Made by a program: the position numbers and the translations under genes
NCBI GenBank assembly: GCA_024704765.1
Contig: JAKMXF010000300.1
Coordinates: 186,001-250,000, forward strand
DNA: 64,000 nucleotides
Origin: Oopsacas minuta
Taxonomy: Eukaryota; Animalia; Porifera
Direction: 5' to 3'
Notes under the pieces: model-generated
What the model was told of the DNA's origin: nothing
The model's input: the letters and a program-made list of their open reading frames with translations, nothing else
The model's database searches: none
Shown: piece after piece, positions 32,996 through 46,828 of the stretch
Position numbering within the stretch: the stretch's first letter is position 1
How the letters are laid out: each line of letters opens with the position of its first letter

Positions 32996-34507
32996 TCAGA
33001 AATCTAATCTGCAAATTGGGTTATTATAAATCATTTCCATGTCTTGCTTATGACCTACCAGTTTCCTAATATTATCGAATCCGTATTTGATCATGATAGG
33101 TCGCTCCAGAGAAAGTCCCCATGCTAGAACCACCACATCTTTAGGCAGGCCCATTGGCAATAGCATTTCAGGTCGGAATACACCAGAATTGCCAACTTCT
33201 ATCCAAGTTTTGTTCCCTTCATGATAACCGAATATCTCTAAGCTAGGCTCTGTGTATGGGTTATATGCTGGCTTGAAACGGAGCTTTTCAATACCGAGTT
33301 TTTTGAAGAATTCCGCGAAAATCCCGATTAGATGCCCTAATGTGAGATTGTAATCAGCTACTACTCCTTCTACCTGATGGAACTCTACGAGATGTGTAGA
33401 ATCCATGGTCTCATTTCTGAATACTCTATCAATAGAAAAGTACTTAGCTGGCTTAAATCCATCCTGAGCAAGCTTATACAACATCCTAGCACTTACAGCT
33501 GTTGTGTGAGTACGTAGAATATTTTTCTGAGCCTCTCCTATCTTCCAATCATATTTATACCCGGTAGATCCATAACCTCCTGATTCGTGTACTCGCTTGA
33601 CTCTCTCCACGTACTCTTGGGGCAGATCTGTCGTCAATGGGGGGTCTGAGATGAAGAACGTATCGTGGGCGTCTCTAGCTGGATGTTGTTGAGGTTGGAA
33701 AAGAGCATCGAAATTCCAGAATGAACACTCAACGAAGTTGTTTGTTGGCATTTCACTGAATCCCATTTCTATGAATATTTGCCGCATCTGTGCTCTCCCC
33801 TTAAGCAGTGGATGTAGGTGACCACCTTGTGGGAGATTACCTTTAGCTCTTAAATTGAGAGGCTTAAATTCCATTTGTTTCCAAGCGTTGCTAGCCAGCA
33901 TCGCAGCTGTTATTTCAGCAGGCAATCTCAATGGTGAAATATCTAACATAAATTCATCTCCTTTGCTTATAAAATAACTTTTTATTAAAGACTCAACGAT
34001 TAATTTACGTCCTTTCAAGTTTTTTAACATATCCCCTCCAACACTAGCTATGTTGCCTGTTGATATCATCTGTAAAACTTGTTGAACATTGTCTGTTACT
34101 GTATCAACATTCCTGAATACAGTTGCTATTCCTGCAACCTTTTCAATACGAATCCAACCTAATGACATTGCTTTATTGAATCCTACCTTTGCATTGGGAA
34201 TAGATTTCATTAGCTCTTGCTGTGGCGTGCCCTGATCTGGGTTGATAAAGTTGTATGCCATAAATTCATGACTGCCTCTTTCTAGTACTCCATTTCCTTC
34301 TTGAGTTAAGGTCCACATGTTCTCTTCCATCTGCTCAGTTCGTATGACATCACCTAGTGATTGTATGCTCTTTATAATTCCTATAACATCTTGATGGTCT
34401 ATATCGAGTTGTGTAGCTAACAGTAAAGATGTTATGTTCTTCTCATTGACAAGAGCTAGGAAGTTTCCCTCTTGTAATGTCATCTTTGGCTTGCTCTTAA
34501 CAGCCAT
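32996..34507 (-). CDS. FARSA: Phenylalanine-tRNA ligase alpha subunit
   Basis: [66 protein letters not shown] and WGLSLERP. Confidence 0.97.
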   Translation of the reverse strand: MAVKSKPKMTLQEGNFLALVNEKNITSLLLATQLDIDHQDVIGIIKSIQSLGDVIRTEQMEENMWTLTQEGNGVLERGSHEFMAYNFINPDQGTPQQELMKSIPNAKVGFNKAMSLGWIRIEKVAGIATVFRNVDTVTDNVQQVLQMISTGNIASVGGDMLKNLKGRKLIVESLIKSYFISKGDEFMLDISPLRLPAEITAAMLASNAWKQMEFKPLNLRAKGNLPQGGHLHPLLKGRAQMRQIFIEMGFSEMPTNNFVECSFWNFDALFQPQQHPARDAHDTFFISDPPLTTDLPQEYVERVKRVHESGGYGSTGYKYDWKIGEAQKNILRTHTTAVSARMLYKLAQDGFKPAKYFSIDRVFRNETMDSTHLVEFHQVEGVVADYNLTLGHLIGIFAEFFKKLGIEKLRFKPAYNPYTEPSLEIFGYHEGNKTWIEVGNSGVFRPEMLLPMGLPKDVVVLAWGLSLERPIMIKYGFDNIRKLVGHKQDMEMIYNNPICRLDF

Positions 34508-34586
34508 TTGCTAGTTTAAGTATATTATAATGACTTTCTCTTCAGAGAGAAATGAAATATATTATTAGATATTTCTAAGAAAATGA

Positions 34587-34689
34587 ACTCAACTCCAGTT
34601 AAATCGAACACGGGCTTGTCAAAATACCAGCTTATATCGAAGAAATTCTCACGATCCCTTGAACTTAGATATAACCGGAGTTGACGGTA
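34587..34689. mobile_element. Pogo-like MITE, family A, short internally deleted copy
   Basis: tcaactccagttaaatcga ... cccttgaacttagatataaccggagttgacgg-TA. Confidence 0.7.
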
Positions 34690-34771
34690 GTAATTTTCAC
34701 TCTAATTAACAACATGTATAATTTGCAAGTTTGTAACAAATATATTTGAATGCCTAACATCAAAATTCACA

Positions 34772-35443
34772 CTAATCTTGTTTCTCTCTAACCGCCACTC
34801 CTATATCTGTAGAAATATCATCATGATCATCATTTAACTCGGCAATTTCCTCTTCAACACCATGTGTAAAATAATAATACGAACCAAGGATATAACAAAA
34901 GTCTATTAACATCAAAGGTAGACGCGGTAATAACGTGAAGAAGAACTTTTTCCATCCTTTCAAATGTAGGCCAACTAAACAGCCAATTAAATGACCTCTT
35001 AAATGAGAAGTGCCTAGAATAGCTTGTAAGAAATACTGTCCTTTACCGCGATTTCTTATCTTCTTAATTAGCAAAATTAATAACGGTAGATGTACATAAA
35101 CGCATAGAATGATGTCATAATATAACTGTTTATGTAGGAGTATATAGTCGTAACCAGTCCATCCCATAGCTATCCATAGATTCTGTACTAACCAACCTCC
35201 TCTAGCTAGCGAATACATTTCGTAATAATACAGAAACGGGATGTATGCGAATAGATAGAATGTGAATTGGAGAATAGAACAAATGATTAGAAATGAATTG
35301 TAAATAGTAACTTGTGTGTTGAATACAAGTGAGCTGCCTGTGATAAATGCTATGAGACATGCAATGAATAAGAAAGAACAGTATACTAATATGTATAGTT
35401 CTCCTTGTACTTCCCAGATAACGTGTTCTCCTGCTGCTCCCAT
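34772..35443 (-). CDS. Orphan multi-pass membrane protein, 223 aa
   Basis: ATG-initiated ORF with about 5-6 hydrophobic segments and an acidic tail, not overlapping other genes; no family recognised. Confidence 0.62.
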   Translation of the reverse strand: MGAAGEHVIWEVQGELYILVYCSFLFIACLIAFITGSSLVFNTQVTIYNSFLIICSILQFTFYLFAYIPFLYYYEMYSLARGGWLVQNLWIAMGWTGYDYILLHKQLYYDIILCVYVHLPLLILLIKKIRNRGKGQYFLQAILGTSHLRGHLIGCLVGLHLKGWKKFFFTLLPRLPLMLIDFCYILGSYYYFTHGVEEEIAELNDDHDDISTDIGVAVREKQD

Positions 35444-35518
35444 TCTAAATCATATACAAAGCTAGTCATTTAAATATACATATAGTCAATACAATTATTC
35501 AGTTATCATTAAATATAT

Positions 35519-35593
35519 TACAGTAGTGTAACCGCCACAAACTGAGTGCCAGAAAATGCTACCGCGTTTCCCATTTGTGGAGGACTCACTGTA
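35519..35593. mobile_element. Pogo-like MITE, family B, 75-bp mini copy
   Basis: TA-cagtagtgtaaccgccacaaa ... tttgtggaggactcactg-TA; interior aaaatgctacc is the reverse complement of the family B ggtagcatttt. Confidence 0.65.
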
Positions 35594-35685
35594 GAAGGCA
35601 TTCCCACACCCCCGGTCCCCTTAAGTAATCAATACAGATGCTTTGGGAATTATTGTATTTTACCTCCTTAAAATGCTAGCATAAG

Positions 35686-36816
35686 ATGCAAGCTATTTTA
35701 GCCTGGGGTAGTAACAATCACTATCAACTAGCTATTTGCAATCAAGATGATCAGTCTATTCCTCATATAACAGCTCCATTTGACAGAACACATGTTTGTA
35801 ATATAGCTAGCATAGGTGGTGGAGGAGCTCACACGTTTATTCAATTCGTTGATGGATCTGTGTATCTTTGTGGTTGGAATAAAGATGGACAAACAGCTGG
35901 TAGTACAATATTTAATGACGTCATTGTACCTACTCCCGTGTTAGGTATCTCCCAGGTGAAGAGGATAGCTTGTGGTTGGACACACACCCTCGTTTGTACG
36001 ATAGAAGGAGTAGTGTTTACCTGGGGCTCTAATACATTCGGGCAATTGGGAACAGATAAAATTGTGGCATACACGAATAAACCTATATTATTAGATCCTA
36101 GTGCGTTTAATGAGGAAGCTATTTCTAGTATAGCTTGTGGTATGAGGCATTCTGGATGTGTTAGTATAACAGGAAGGGTTTATTCATGGGGAAGTGGAAA
36201 TAAAGGACAATTAGGTAGAGAGGGAAACCATGCGATACCTGGAGTATTAGGAGTTGAAATACTGAAGGATACTCATATCATAGATTTATACATGGGGAAT
36301 GGACATAGTTTATTACTGAGTGAAAATAGAAAAATATTTGTGTGTGGTGACAATAGTTACGGACAGTGCGGATTGGAATGTGCATTAGATAAACCGTATA
36401 TTTTAAAGCCAGTTAAATTGGAAAATGTTGATGCAGTTGTTAAGATAGATTGTGGTTGGCAACACAGTTTGTTATTGACAGAGAAAGGAGAAGTATACAG
36501 CTGGGGAAGGTGTGACTATGGACAGCTGGGGAGGGAAGTCATATCTGGAAAGATCAAGGAAGGCAAAGGAACAACTGATATAAAAAGAGTTGGATTGAGT
36601 TGTAAAATTGTAGATATTAAGTGTGGTGCACAACATAGCATTGTATTAAGTGAAAACAGTCAAGTTTATGTCTGGGGATGGAATGAACACGGTATGTGTG
36701 GAAATGGAAAAGAAGAAAACGTCCACAGACCAGTCTTAGTCAATATTAAAGATAAAGTGGTAAGAATTGGATGTGGAAATGGTACAAGTTTTGCAGTAAT
36801 AGAATGTGTTTTGTAA
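35686..36816 (+). CDS. SERGEF: RCC1-repeat protein, SERGEF (DelGEF)-like
   Basis: AWGSN...QL, GGGGAHT, CGWNKDGQ, and repeated CG..H, WG....GQLG blades. Confidence 0.82.
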   Translation: MQAILAWGSNNHYQLAICNQDDQSIPHITAPFDRTHVCNIASIGGGGAHTFIQFVDGSVYLCGWNKDGQTAGSTIFNDVIVPTPVLGISQVKRIACGWTHTLVCTIEGVVFTWGSNTFGQLGTDKIVAYTNKPILLDPSAFNEEAISSIACGMRHSGCVSITGRVYSWGSGNKGQLGREGNHAIPGVLGVEILKDTHIIDLYMGNGHSLLLSENRKIFVCGDNSYGQCGLECALDKPYILKPVKLENVDAVVKIDCGWQHSLLLTEKGEVYSWGRCDYGQLGREVISGKIKEGKGTTDIKRVGLSCKIVDIKCGAQHSIVLSENSQVYVWGWNEHGMCGNGKEENVHRPVLVNIKDKVVRIGCGNGTSFAVIECVL

Positions 36817-37024
36817 TTTGATGAATTGTATAAATCGTTTCTACGTATTTCTGTATTTAAATAATATTAAAGGATAATTTCATATATTTTATCCAATAGC
36901 AATAAACATAGCACAGATACTTACATTTGTATTATCGTCCTATAGATTGGTTCAGTAGTGTAAAAAAAACTAGAATTCTCATACATCACATTATTACATA
37001 GATATCTTGTATAAAAGCATGTAT

Positions 37025-37564
37025 TCAACTTCTCTCACCGTCATCTAGATTGGAGTACGGGTTTTCTCCCTCGGGATTCATTTTGAGTATTGCCAACACT
37101 TTTCCGAATCCATTTCGAAACCAGAATAGAAATACAAGCACAAATACTGTTAATGGTTTGAAGAGGAGATTCAATATCATCATAGCAGCTGAAAATTGAA
37201 ATAATCTAGCTGCTTGTGTTGCACCATTTCCGTATGCAGCTTGTAATTCCCCGAAATACAACCCTAACACTATAATATCTATCAAAATACCTGACACGTG
37301 AATGCAGAACATCCAGAAAACTGCTTGTGCACTGTTTTGATCGTGAGTAGCCCATAAGCCGAGTACAAAGAAAAATACGTTTATAAATATTACAGCAGAT
37401 GTCCAAGGATAGCCGTTGGGTATCAGACTTAGAATGAAAAAGAACATATGGAACATGACCACTATCATGGGCAATGCTGGTATGTTGGGAATGCTCTGTG
37501 CACCAATTGATTTCATGTCGTGTGTGTATGTTGTATTGTTGCTAGTATTACCTTGAATGCTCAT
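37025..37564 (-). CDS. AGTRAP: AT1 receptor-associated protein-like
   Basis: GLWATHDQNSAQAV..F......ILIDII..GLYF and FSAAMMILNLLFKP match the AGTRAP family. Confidence 0.8.
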   Translation of the reverse strand: MSIQGNTSNNTTYTHDMKSIGAQSIPNIPALPMIVVMFHMFFFILSLIPNGYPWTSAVIFINVFFFVLGLWATHDQNSAQAVFWMFCIHVSGILIDIIVLGLYFGELQAAYGNGATQAARLFQFSAAMMILNLLFKPLTVFVLVFLFWFRNGFGKVLAILKMNPEGENPYSNLDDGERS

Positions 37565-37900
37565 TCAATAATGAGAGAAAATGTCTTTTTAAGACAACTA
37601 CTTTTGCTTGAGTTTTATAAGGTTAATGTGCTAATTGGAAACCTATTAATTATATACAAGAAATCTCAATGAGAGAATGCCTACATAATTATATAATTAG
37701 AAACCAACTATGAACTATTCATGCATTAATTACAAGTAATTTGATACATTGGAAACAATATATTTATGGGAGATATTATTTACACTTATGTATATATGTG
37801 GCAGAGAGTATGTAACAGTGTGTGTAGGAAAACAACAACAAGTTCTGAGCATAATTAAGCATCAAAATTTGCTACAAAACTAGTTAAATATGTTAATAAC

Positions 37901-39079
37901 TCACAAGTATGTGAGACGGCCTTTTGTATAGCTTGTTTTTGCTGTCTTAACCGGTTCGGCAGGGATAGAGATTTGATTCAAACTCTCTGATAGATCATCT
38001 AAATCATTCACTGATTGTACAGAGCCTGTAGTTATAGAGTTCTGATTAGCAATGCTAGGATCTATCTCAGATATTCCTAAGCTCGATCCATCTAGACTGC
38101 CTTCTCCGTCTAGTAGCAGAGGATTGTTCAGGAATTTCTCCACACTTTCATTCACATCACCACGCATGTTGTGAATTTGAAGGCTTATCGTTTCCAGATT
38201 ATGCATTGCTACATTGTAACGGACTTTAGCGTGTTTAAGCTGATCGAATATATACCTTCTAGTAGCCATTAAGTCCATCAAACGATGTTCATAGTGATAT
38301 TTTGTTTCAAAGTAAGATTTGGCTTTTAAAATATTCCGTCTGTGCTTCTTCTTACACTCTTGTAGAGTTGCTACTAATCGCGTGAATTCTAATGATTTTT
38401 GTTGATGCATATTTTCCCGTTTCAATACAACTTCATCTAATTCGTTAACTCTTGTGATAGCTACATTCAAGCCTTCTAAAGCGGATGATTGCTGCTTTGT
38501 TATTGAGTTGTTCTCTCTTGAAGCTTCTTCTCTAGTTTTATCACTTTTCGATACTAGAAAATCTTCCTCTACTTTTCTCAATTCATCTTTCGCAGTTTGT
38601 CTATCTTTGTTAGCTAAATCAAAATCTCGTGTGGCTTTTAACAAGGAACGGTGTACACGTTTAGCCTTAATGAGCGTAGTGTAGTATATCTTTGCATTCT
38701 CAATTGTCTTATCACCGATTTTGAGTTTCATTTCATCAAGTTTGAAATTACCCTCGTTCATGATTTTACTGAGATCTGTCTTTATTCTAAGTACTTGTGC
38801 TTCTAGATTATTGATGTCATCACCTGAAGCGTTCATCGTGTCTAACTCGTCTTTAATTCTAGGATCAAGCGGTTCTTCACAAGCCTCATCGAGTGGTAGA
38901 GAGCATTCTACTAGTTCTTCTGTTGCGAGTTTGTTCTCCACATGTACAGGGGTATTTAGGTTTGATTCTGGGCTGGTTAATGATTCCATCTCTCCAAGAA
39001 GATCTTGAGAAGAGACGACCTCTTGTAAGGGGGGAGCATCGTTTGATATGTCTGAGAGAAGTGGAGCTGATTCTGCCAT
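37901..39079 (-). CDS. SH3BP5: SH3 domain-binding protein 5-like (Rab11 GEF family)
   Basis: LDPRIKDELD.MN...DDINNLE, I..AK.YY, K.YFE.K and Y..AM.NLETIS.QIH..R; could be SH3BP5 or SH3BP5L. Confidence 0.85.
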   Translation of the reverse strand: MAESAPLLSDISNDAPPLQEVVSSQDLLGEMESLTSPESNLNTPVHVENKLATEELVECSLPLDEACEEPLDPRIKDELDTMNASGDDINNLEAQVLRIKTDLSKIMNEGNFKLDEMKLKIGDKTIENAKIYYTTLIKAKRVHRSLLKATRDFDLANKDRQTAKDELRKVEEDFLVSKSDKTREEASRENNSITKQQSSALEGLNVAITRVNELDEVVLKRENMHQQKSLEFTRLVATLQECKKKHRRNILKAKSYFETKYHYEHRLMDLMATRRYIFDQLKHAKVRYNVAMHNLETISLQIHNMRGDVNESVEKFLNNPLLLDGEGSLDGSSLGISEIDPSIANQNSITTGSVQSVNDLDDLSESLNQISIPAEPVKTAKTSYTKGRLTYL

Positions 39080-39238
39080 TTTAACTAAATATTCCTAATT
39101 AGGTGAATTTTACTGAAGTTAATTATTCAAAAAAGTTATGCAAATATATTTGCTTGTAACTCAATGCAATATTAATCAATATTTTCTCTATTTTTCGGGG
39201 AAAATGAAAATAATTTTCTATTTAAAATATGATAAATA

Positions 39239-42148
39239 TTAATTATTCTTAAATCTTTTCGGCAATGGCTTGCTTTCTGTATCATTATTGTTGTTGTTAT
39301 TATTGCTGTCCATTGATGTATCCATAGGTATGCAGTCTGTAGGAGATACACTAATATCCTTTATAAACGGTTCTACAAGCTTCAATTGAATACGTTGATG
39401 CTGAACATCAGGCTCTACAACTTTAATCTCAACCACTAGCCTGTCAAAAACCGAGATTGTAACTGTCTCGTTTATCGTTAACTTCAACAAATCGTCATTA
39501 TACTCAAGTGAAACTCCTGTATCTTTAATCTCAAAAAACACAAACCCTTCATATCCATATTTCGGTACTAGCACACGAATAGCATTCTTTTTAACCTGTG
39601 TTACATAAGCTTCTTCTCGATATGTCTTTCCTTTGAGAAGAAGTACAGTGGTCAGCTCTACGCTAGCTCTACCTACTCTCTGTGCATTTGTGTGTCTAAA
39701 ATTACAATTATCACATCGCTCTTTTGTAATTTTTTCATCAGTCAAACTGCTATCTGGTGGATCCACACCAATAGCAGAGGCTAATAGTCTATGAACTAGA
39801 ATATCAGGATATCTCCTTATTGGAGAAGTAAAATGTGTGTAGATTTCATTAGCTAATCCGAAATGGTAGAATTCTTCTTTCTTAAGTGTCCCTGAACAAA
39901 AGTATTTCGCCTGCTGCATGCATCTTGTGGTTAGGATTTTTAATAGTGTGTTAGAAAATGGGTTATTCGGAATTGTGCAAGATTGTAGAGACTCACTCAA
40001 TGCTTTAGCTGAGCTAGTATCTATTGTCAGGCCACGGCTCTCTGTAGCTCTTAATAACGGTTTATAATTGTGATCGGGAGGTTCTGGGTGACGTCGTAAA
40101 ATCGCACAATTCGGGGAAAATTCGTATGTCTTCTTTGCAGTGGAAACGTTTGCTAGTAACATGAATTCTTCGACCATCGAGTTGGTATCTAGTTCTTTCT
40201 TATTTTCCAAATTAATCGGTTCGTGAGTTTCTGTGTCCACCTGGAATCTTACTTCCGGTGAAGCAAGGATAAGCGCGCCATTATCAATTCTCTTCTGTTT
40301 CAACTTTTTCGAAATCGCATTAAGTTGTCGTAGTCCTTGAGTAATGACGTCATTTTGGTTTACGTCATCAATTCTTTCTTGTGCTGCTTCATAGCTGAGA
40401 GCAGCTTTAGACTGAATTACAGATTTCGTGAATATTGTGTCGATTATCCCAGCTGTTTCGGGATCAATTTTCCAGATAACAGAGAATGCTAGTCTCTCTT
40501 CTCCCTCTCGTAGAGAACACAAGTTAGTAGATAATAATCCTGGTACCATGTCGATACGTTTATCCGCTAGATATACAGTAGTACCTCTCCTCGCTGCTTC
40601 TGTATCTAACACTGAATTAGGACGAATGAAATGTGAAACATCTGCTATATGAACTCCAATTTCTACCAAGTTTGTTTCTGGTATTTGTATGCAATGTAAG
40701 GCATCGTCAATGTCAGTACAACTTGGTGGATCAACACTACACACAGGGATATGTCTCAGATCTCTCCTACGTGCGTATTCTGCTTCCGAGATAGTCCAAG
40801 GCACAGCGGGTAGCTCTTTGATAGCACTATTAGGAAATGGATCGAATATGATGTCATGCTCCAACATGATTACCTCATTTTCAACATCCTTATCACCAAC
40901 AGTACCAATCATACGTACTAAGTGTCCCTCTGGGTATCTAGACGTACGTGGCCATGTATCAATTTTCACAACTATTCTTTGTCCCTTCAGTGTGTCGATT
41001 TGCCGTGTTTCAATACATACCTTTTGTATAGCTTTGTTGTCAGGGATAAACATATGATGCCTGCCATGTGCGAAATATTCAGAGTATTGTATAACGCCGC
41101 AGAATTGTCTACGTTTCTGTTCCAATATTCCTACGATCTTACCAGTCATCGTTTTCTTAATATTTGACATCACATCCTTTAAATCCTCGTCGATCTCTTC
41201 ACCATCCCCTATAGTATTATCTTCCTTTATAATCCCAGACGGAGCTCTCCATTCCTCCTCAGGGAATGTTTCTACTACAACTACATCACCATGTATAGCT
41301 CGGTTAATATTGACAACACCACTAATCAGCATTTCCTTATAATCTTCATTTATTTTACAGCTAACATAGCCTTCTTGATAGTTGTTACGGTTAGCTTCGT
41401 ATACCCCTTGTAGCAAGTTACCATCTCTGATACCAGCTTTTAACAGAGATAGTTTTAAATATTCTGGATAGATAATTTTAGTTTTGGGAGCGATATCTAA
41501 ATCCTTACCCTCGACTGTAGACAAATAGTCTAGCAAAGTGTGATGTTTCTCTCCCAAACCGTGTATATATTCGCGAGTGCTAAGTGCTTGTATGCTGTGT
41601 TCTGCGACTGCTTTATCGCGGTTTTCTTTATCATCTGACAGTAATATAATATTACAAGGCGTAGCATGTTCATTCACATGTTGCTGATAAAAAGCGCAGA
41701 CAAGTCTAATTAATCTATCATTGTAATCGTTAGCAGATTCACTGACTTGTTCAGAAAATGTACTTGAATGGTGTTTATTAAGAAATACATGAAATCTCTT
41801 CTTCCCATCTTTCTGGTCAATTATTTGTCTGAGTCGTTTATAAGACATTTGGTTTCTGTGTTTTACTTCTTCTTGAACGCTTTGTGGCACAATGACGTCA
41901 TGTATCGCATTATTCTCTAGGAAATCTGGGTGATGCAGGACTACATTGGTATCAACTACTATCAGATAAGGGGAGGGAATAGAAGTGTTAAATTCCGCAG
42001 AATGAGGGTCTAAGACAGGCTCTCCTTTGCATTCTCTACAGCCTATGACTCCACACCATATATCACCTCGTATATAATGCTCCTTGACTATTTTAAGGAT
42101 TCCCCCTGATCGAGTTTTCTTTACATACGTGTTTTGCTTGCGGAACAT
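39239..42148 (-). CDS. DIS3: Exosome catalytic subunit RRP44/DIS3
   Basis: KEHYIRGDIWCG (CR3), PIN domain VDTNVVLH...NDYNDRLIR, RNB domain VDPPSCTDIDDALH and YTHFTSPIRRYPD; intronless. Confidence 0.97.
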   Translation of the reverse strand: MFRKQNTYVKKTRSGGILKIVKEHYIRGDIWCGVIGCRECKGEPVLDPHSAEFNTSIPSPYLIVVDTNVVLHHPDFLENNAIHDVIVPQSVQEEVKHRNQMSYKRLRQIIDQKDGKKRFHVFLNKHHSSTFSEQVSESANDYNDRLIRLVCAFYQQHVNEHATPCNIILLSDDKENRDKAVAEHSIQALSTREYIHGLGEKHHTLLDYLSTVEGKDLDIAPKTKIIYPEYLKLSLLKAGIRDGNLLQGVYEANRNNYQEGYVSCKINEDYKEMLISGVVNINRAIHGDVVVVETFPEEEWRAPSGIIKEDNTIGDGEEIDEDLKDVMSNIKKTMTGKIVGILEQKRRQFCGVIQYSEYFAHGRHHMFIPDNKAIQKVCIETRQIDTLKGQRIVVKIDTWPRTSRYPEGHLVRMIGTVGDKDVENEVIMLEHDIIFDPFPNSAIKELPAVPWTISEAEYARRRDLRHIPVCSVDPPSCTDIDDALHCIQIPETNLVEIGVHIADVSHFIRPNSVLDTEAARRGTTVYLADKRIDMVPGLLSTNLCSLREGEERLAFSVIWKIDPETAGIIDTIFTKSVIQSKAALSYEAAQERIDDVNQNDVITQGLRQLNAISKKLKQKRIDNGALILASPEVRFQVDTETHEPINLENKKELDTNSMVEEFMLLANVSTAKKTYEFSPNCAILRRHPEPPDHNYKPLLRATESRGLTIDTSSAKALSESLQSCTIPNNPFSNTLLKILTTRCMQQAKYFCSGTLKKEEFYHFGLANEIYTHFTSPIRRYPDILVHRLLASAIGVDPPDSSLTDEKITKERCDNCNFRHTNAQRVGRASVELTTVLLLKGKTYREEAYVTQVKKNAIRVLVPKYGYEGFVFFEIKDTGVSLEYNDDLLKLTINETVTISVFDRLVVEIKVVEPDVQHQRIQLKLVEPFIKDISVSPTDCIPMDTSMDSNNNNNNNDTESKPLPKRFKNN

Positions 42149-42243
42149 TTAACAAATTTACCTTAAACTAATTCTGTATATAAGAATTACATAAAGTTAT
42201 AAAAAGAAATATTAAGAAGTGTGTTGTACGTTACAATTATGTA

Positions 42244-42389
42244 TATAGTAGACGCAGGTTATAAGAACATACCGGATTTAATTACCATATTCTGGAAAAC
42301 GGTTCTCATAGATTCCTGTATATATTTTCCCAGTTATAAGAATAGGTTTGCTACTCCTAAGTGAGTTCTTATAACCGGCATCCACTGTA
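42244..42389. mobile_element. Pogo/Tigger-like MITE, family C
   Basis: TA-tagtagacgcaggttataagaac ... gttcttataaccggcatccactg-TA: about 23-bp imperfect TIRs with a TA duplication. Confidence 0.75.
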
Positions 42390-42655
42390 TTATGCATTTT
42401 GTTGGCCGATTTTCAAGTCCTATTTCTGCAATGTCGCGAAATGGCGAAATTATAATTTTTCATACCAGATGTATAGGAACCATTCAAAAGTTACGAGAGC
42501 AAAATTCCTGAAATTCACACTATTTGTAGAAGCGTGACGTAACGTTATACGGTCCTTATTTTACGAGTATAGTATTTATAATAAATTCTTCATAAGATAT
42601 GTATATTTCAAATTAACTGTAAACTATAGTAACAAATAATATTCGTGACAAACAA

Positions 42656-45177
<2,522 letters not shown>

Positions 45178-45195
45178 AGATTAATCGTAGCTATA

Positions 45196-45352
45196 TACAG
45201 TAAACTCCAGTTATATCGATATACCCGCTTAGATCAAAGTCTGAAATTGTACAGATATGGTCACAAACTGTCAAAGTAACATAAATGCCATCGGTTATAT
45301 CGAAGTATTTATCTTGGTCCCTTGAGCTTCGATATAACGAGAGTTGACTATA
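45196..45352. mobile_element. Pogo-like MITE, family A, inverted relative to the adjacent copy
   Basis: TA-cagtaaactccagttatatcga ... tcgatataacgagagttgacta-TA. Confidence 0.82.
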
Positions 45353-45535
45353 TTTGAATGATTCTGTTTTTGGCCAAGTCCATTGAAGAAATCAATTGTA
45401 GAAATATTCAGATCAGTTGAACTTTATTTTTTATTTGTATATTTTTCAATCCCATTTTGTAGAATGTATAGATACAACAATAGCAATATAATCTTTATAT
45501 GAAACTGTTAGAATAATATCATGTGCATCTAGCAA

Positions 45536-46198
45536 TTACTTATTACTCTGATCCACCCTACTTTTAATTATGATAAATAGAATGAGAACTAACAAACAAG
45601 CTAATACAATCACTCCGATAATAAGGATAAATCTGTTCTGATAAATACGTAGCTTCATTCGTGATAGAATTCGCGAGCTGGAAGATAAATCAGTACTGAC
45701 TCCCTTCATTCTGTCTAAGGAATGTTCAATTGTATCTCGTTGATCTCTGAGATCACTCATCACTTCCAAACCTATTTCTTCTGTCTGTACAACTATTCTC
45801 TGTCCACGTTCCAGATGTTTGGATGATTTGTCTAATATATCTTCGTTACCAAGAACAAGCCTCTTATGATCATCTGAAGTTGTAGAAATACCTGTACGCT
45901 GAAAACGAACTTCCCTTTCGTCTTTCTGCGCTTTTTCGAGCTCTTTTCGTAGCCTCGTTAATTCTACTTTGTATGTAGATATTCTCTTCTGTAGATCAGG
46001 TCTGAGTTCAGGCGAACATTCAAGCATTGTTATCTCCATTTGATCCACTAAATCTTTAGCATCTCCTAGACAACTCTCAACTTGTGCTACTACACTAGCT
46101 TTATCACTACCAGATAAGTCTTGTATACGGTTTATACGGATTGTAGCATCTGTTGTGGTAGTAGCGAATTGTTGCTCGTAGTTATCAAACAGTGACAT
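45536..46198 (-). CDS. VTI1A: Qb-SNARE VTI1
   Basis: F..YEQQF, L..A..LVDQME, SNARE motif (ETEEIG-like QTEEIGLEVMSDLRDQRDTI) and a C-terminal TM. Confidence 0.88.
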   Translation of the reverse strand: MSLFDNYEQQFATTTTDATIRINRIQDLSGSDKASVVAQVESCLGDAKDLVDQMEITMLECSPELRPDLQKRISTYKVELTRLRKELEKAQKDEREVRFQRTGISTTSDDHKRLVLGNEDILDKSSKHLERGQRIVVQTEEIGLEVMSDLRDQRDTIEHSLDRMKGVSTDLSSSSRILSRMKLRIYQNRFILIIGVIVLACLLVLILFIIIKSRVDQSNK

Positions 46199-46256
46199 TT
46201 ACTACTAAGATGGAATACATTGTTAATTCAATTAAATCATAATTCCATAAATAATG

Positions 46257-46378
46257 TACAGTCAACTCCAGTTATAACGGAATGCCCGCTTATATTAGAA
46301 GTCTTAAACTATCAAACACCTTAAAATCGCAATTATCGCGGTACCTTGAGCTTCGATTATAAACGTGAGTTGACTGTA
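46257..46378. mobile_element. Pogo-like MITE, family A
   Basis: TA-cagtcaactccagttata ... ccttgagcttcga...gagttgactg-TA. Confidence 0.8.
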
Positions 46379-46441
46379 TTTATAATAATATTTAAATTAT
46401 GAAGTATTATACAACTTCTATGTGATTATATTCAAGTGATG

Positions 46442-46696
46442 TTAGAAAGTAACATTTTGCCTTTTTCTTCTCGATAAACTTGTAAATTCAATCGGCTTAT
46501 CATTCCTCTCACGAACTTTAACTGGCGTTTCTCTGGACTGTGAATCAGCCTCTTGGCCTAATATTAATTCTCTGAGGAACGAGTATCGTGAAAAAAACAT
46601 CCTCCATAGAATATACCATCCCAAAACAAGGAATATCAAAGTAAACAGTAATCCAGTAATGATAATGAAAACTGTCTTGAAAATGTCAGCAAGCAT
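46442..46696 (-). CDS. SMIM13: Small integral membrane protein 13
   Basis: Single TM followed by GWYILWRMFFSRYSFLREL, matching the SMIM13 GWY..W..FL.KF.FLREL motif. Confidence 0.82.
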   Translation of the reverse strand: MLADIFKTVFIIITGLLFTLIFLVLGWYILWRMFFSRYSFLRELILGQEADSQSRETPVKVRERNDKPIEFTSLSRRKRQNVTF

Positions 46697-46828
46697 TCTA
46701 TTGACAATCCTAATAAATAAATAATAATTAGCAGATATATTTTAAAATGTACCTTTATGAAAATTGGGTAAAATCATGCAATTTTATACAAAAATGAGGC
46801 AAAACACGAAAAATGTAAAATAGTAAAA

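Noticed and set aside
37025-37564. AGTRAP in an organism probably lacking angiotensin signalling
   Set aside because: The family is broadly conserved beyond vertebrates, so its presence is not surprising.
39283-39306. (TTG/TTA)n microsatellite encoding poly-Asn at the DIS3 C-terminus
   Set aside because: Short low-complexity tail with no evidence of function.
42395-42570. Possible transposon remnant next to the family C MITE
   Set aside because: No paired TIRs, TSD or second copy could be established.
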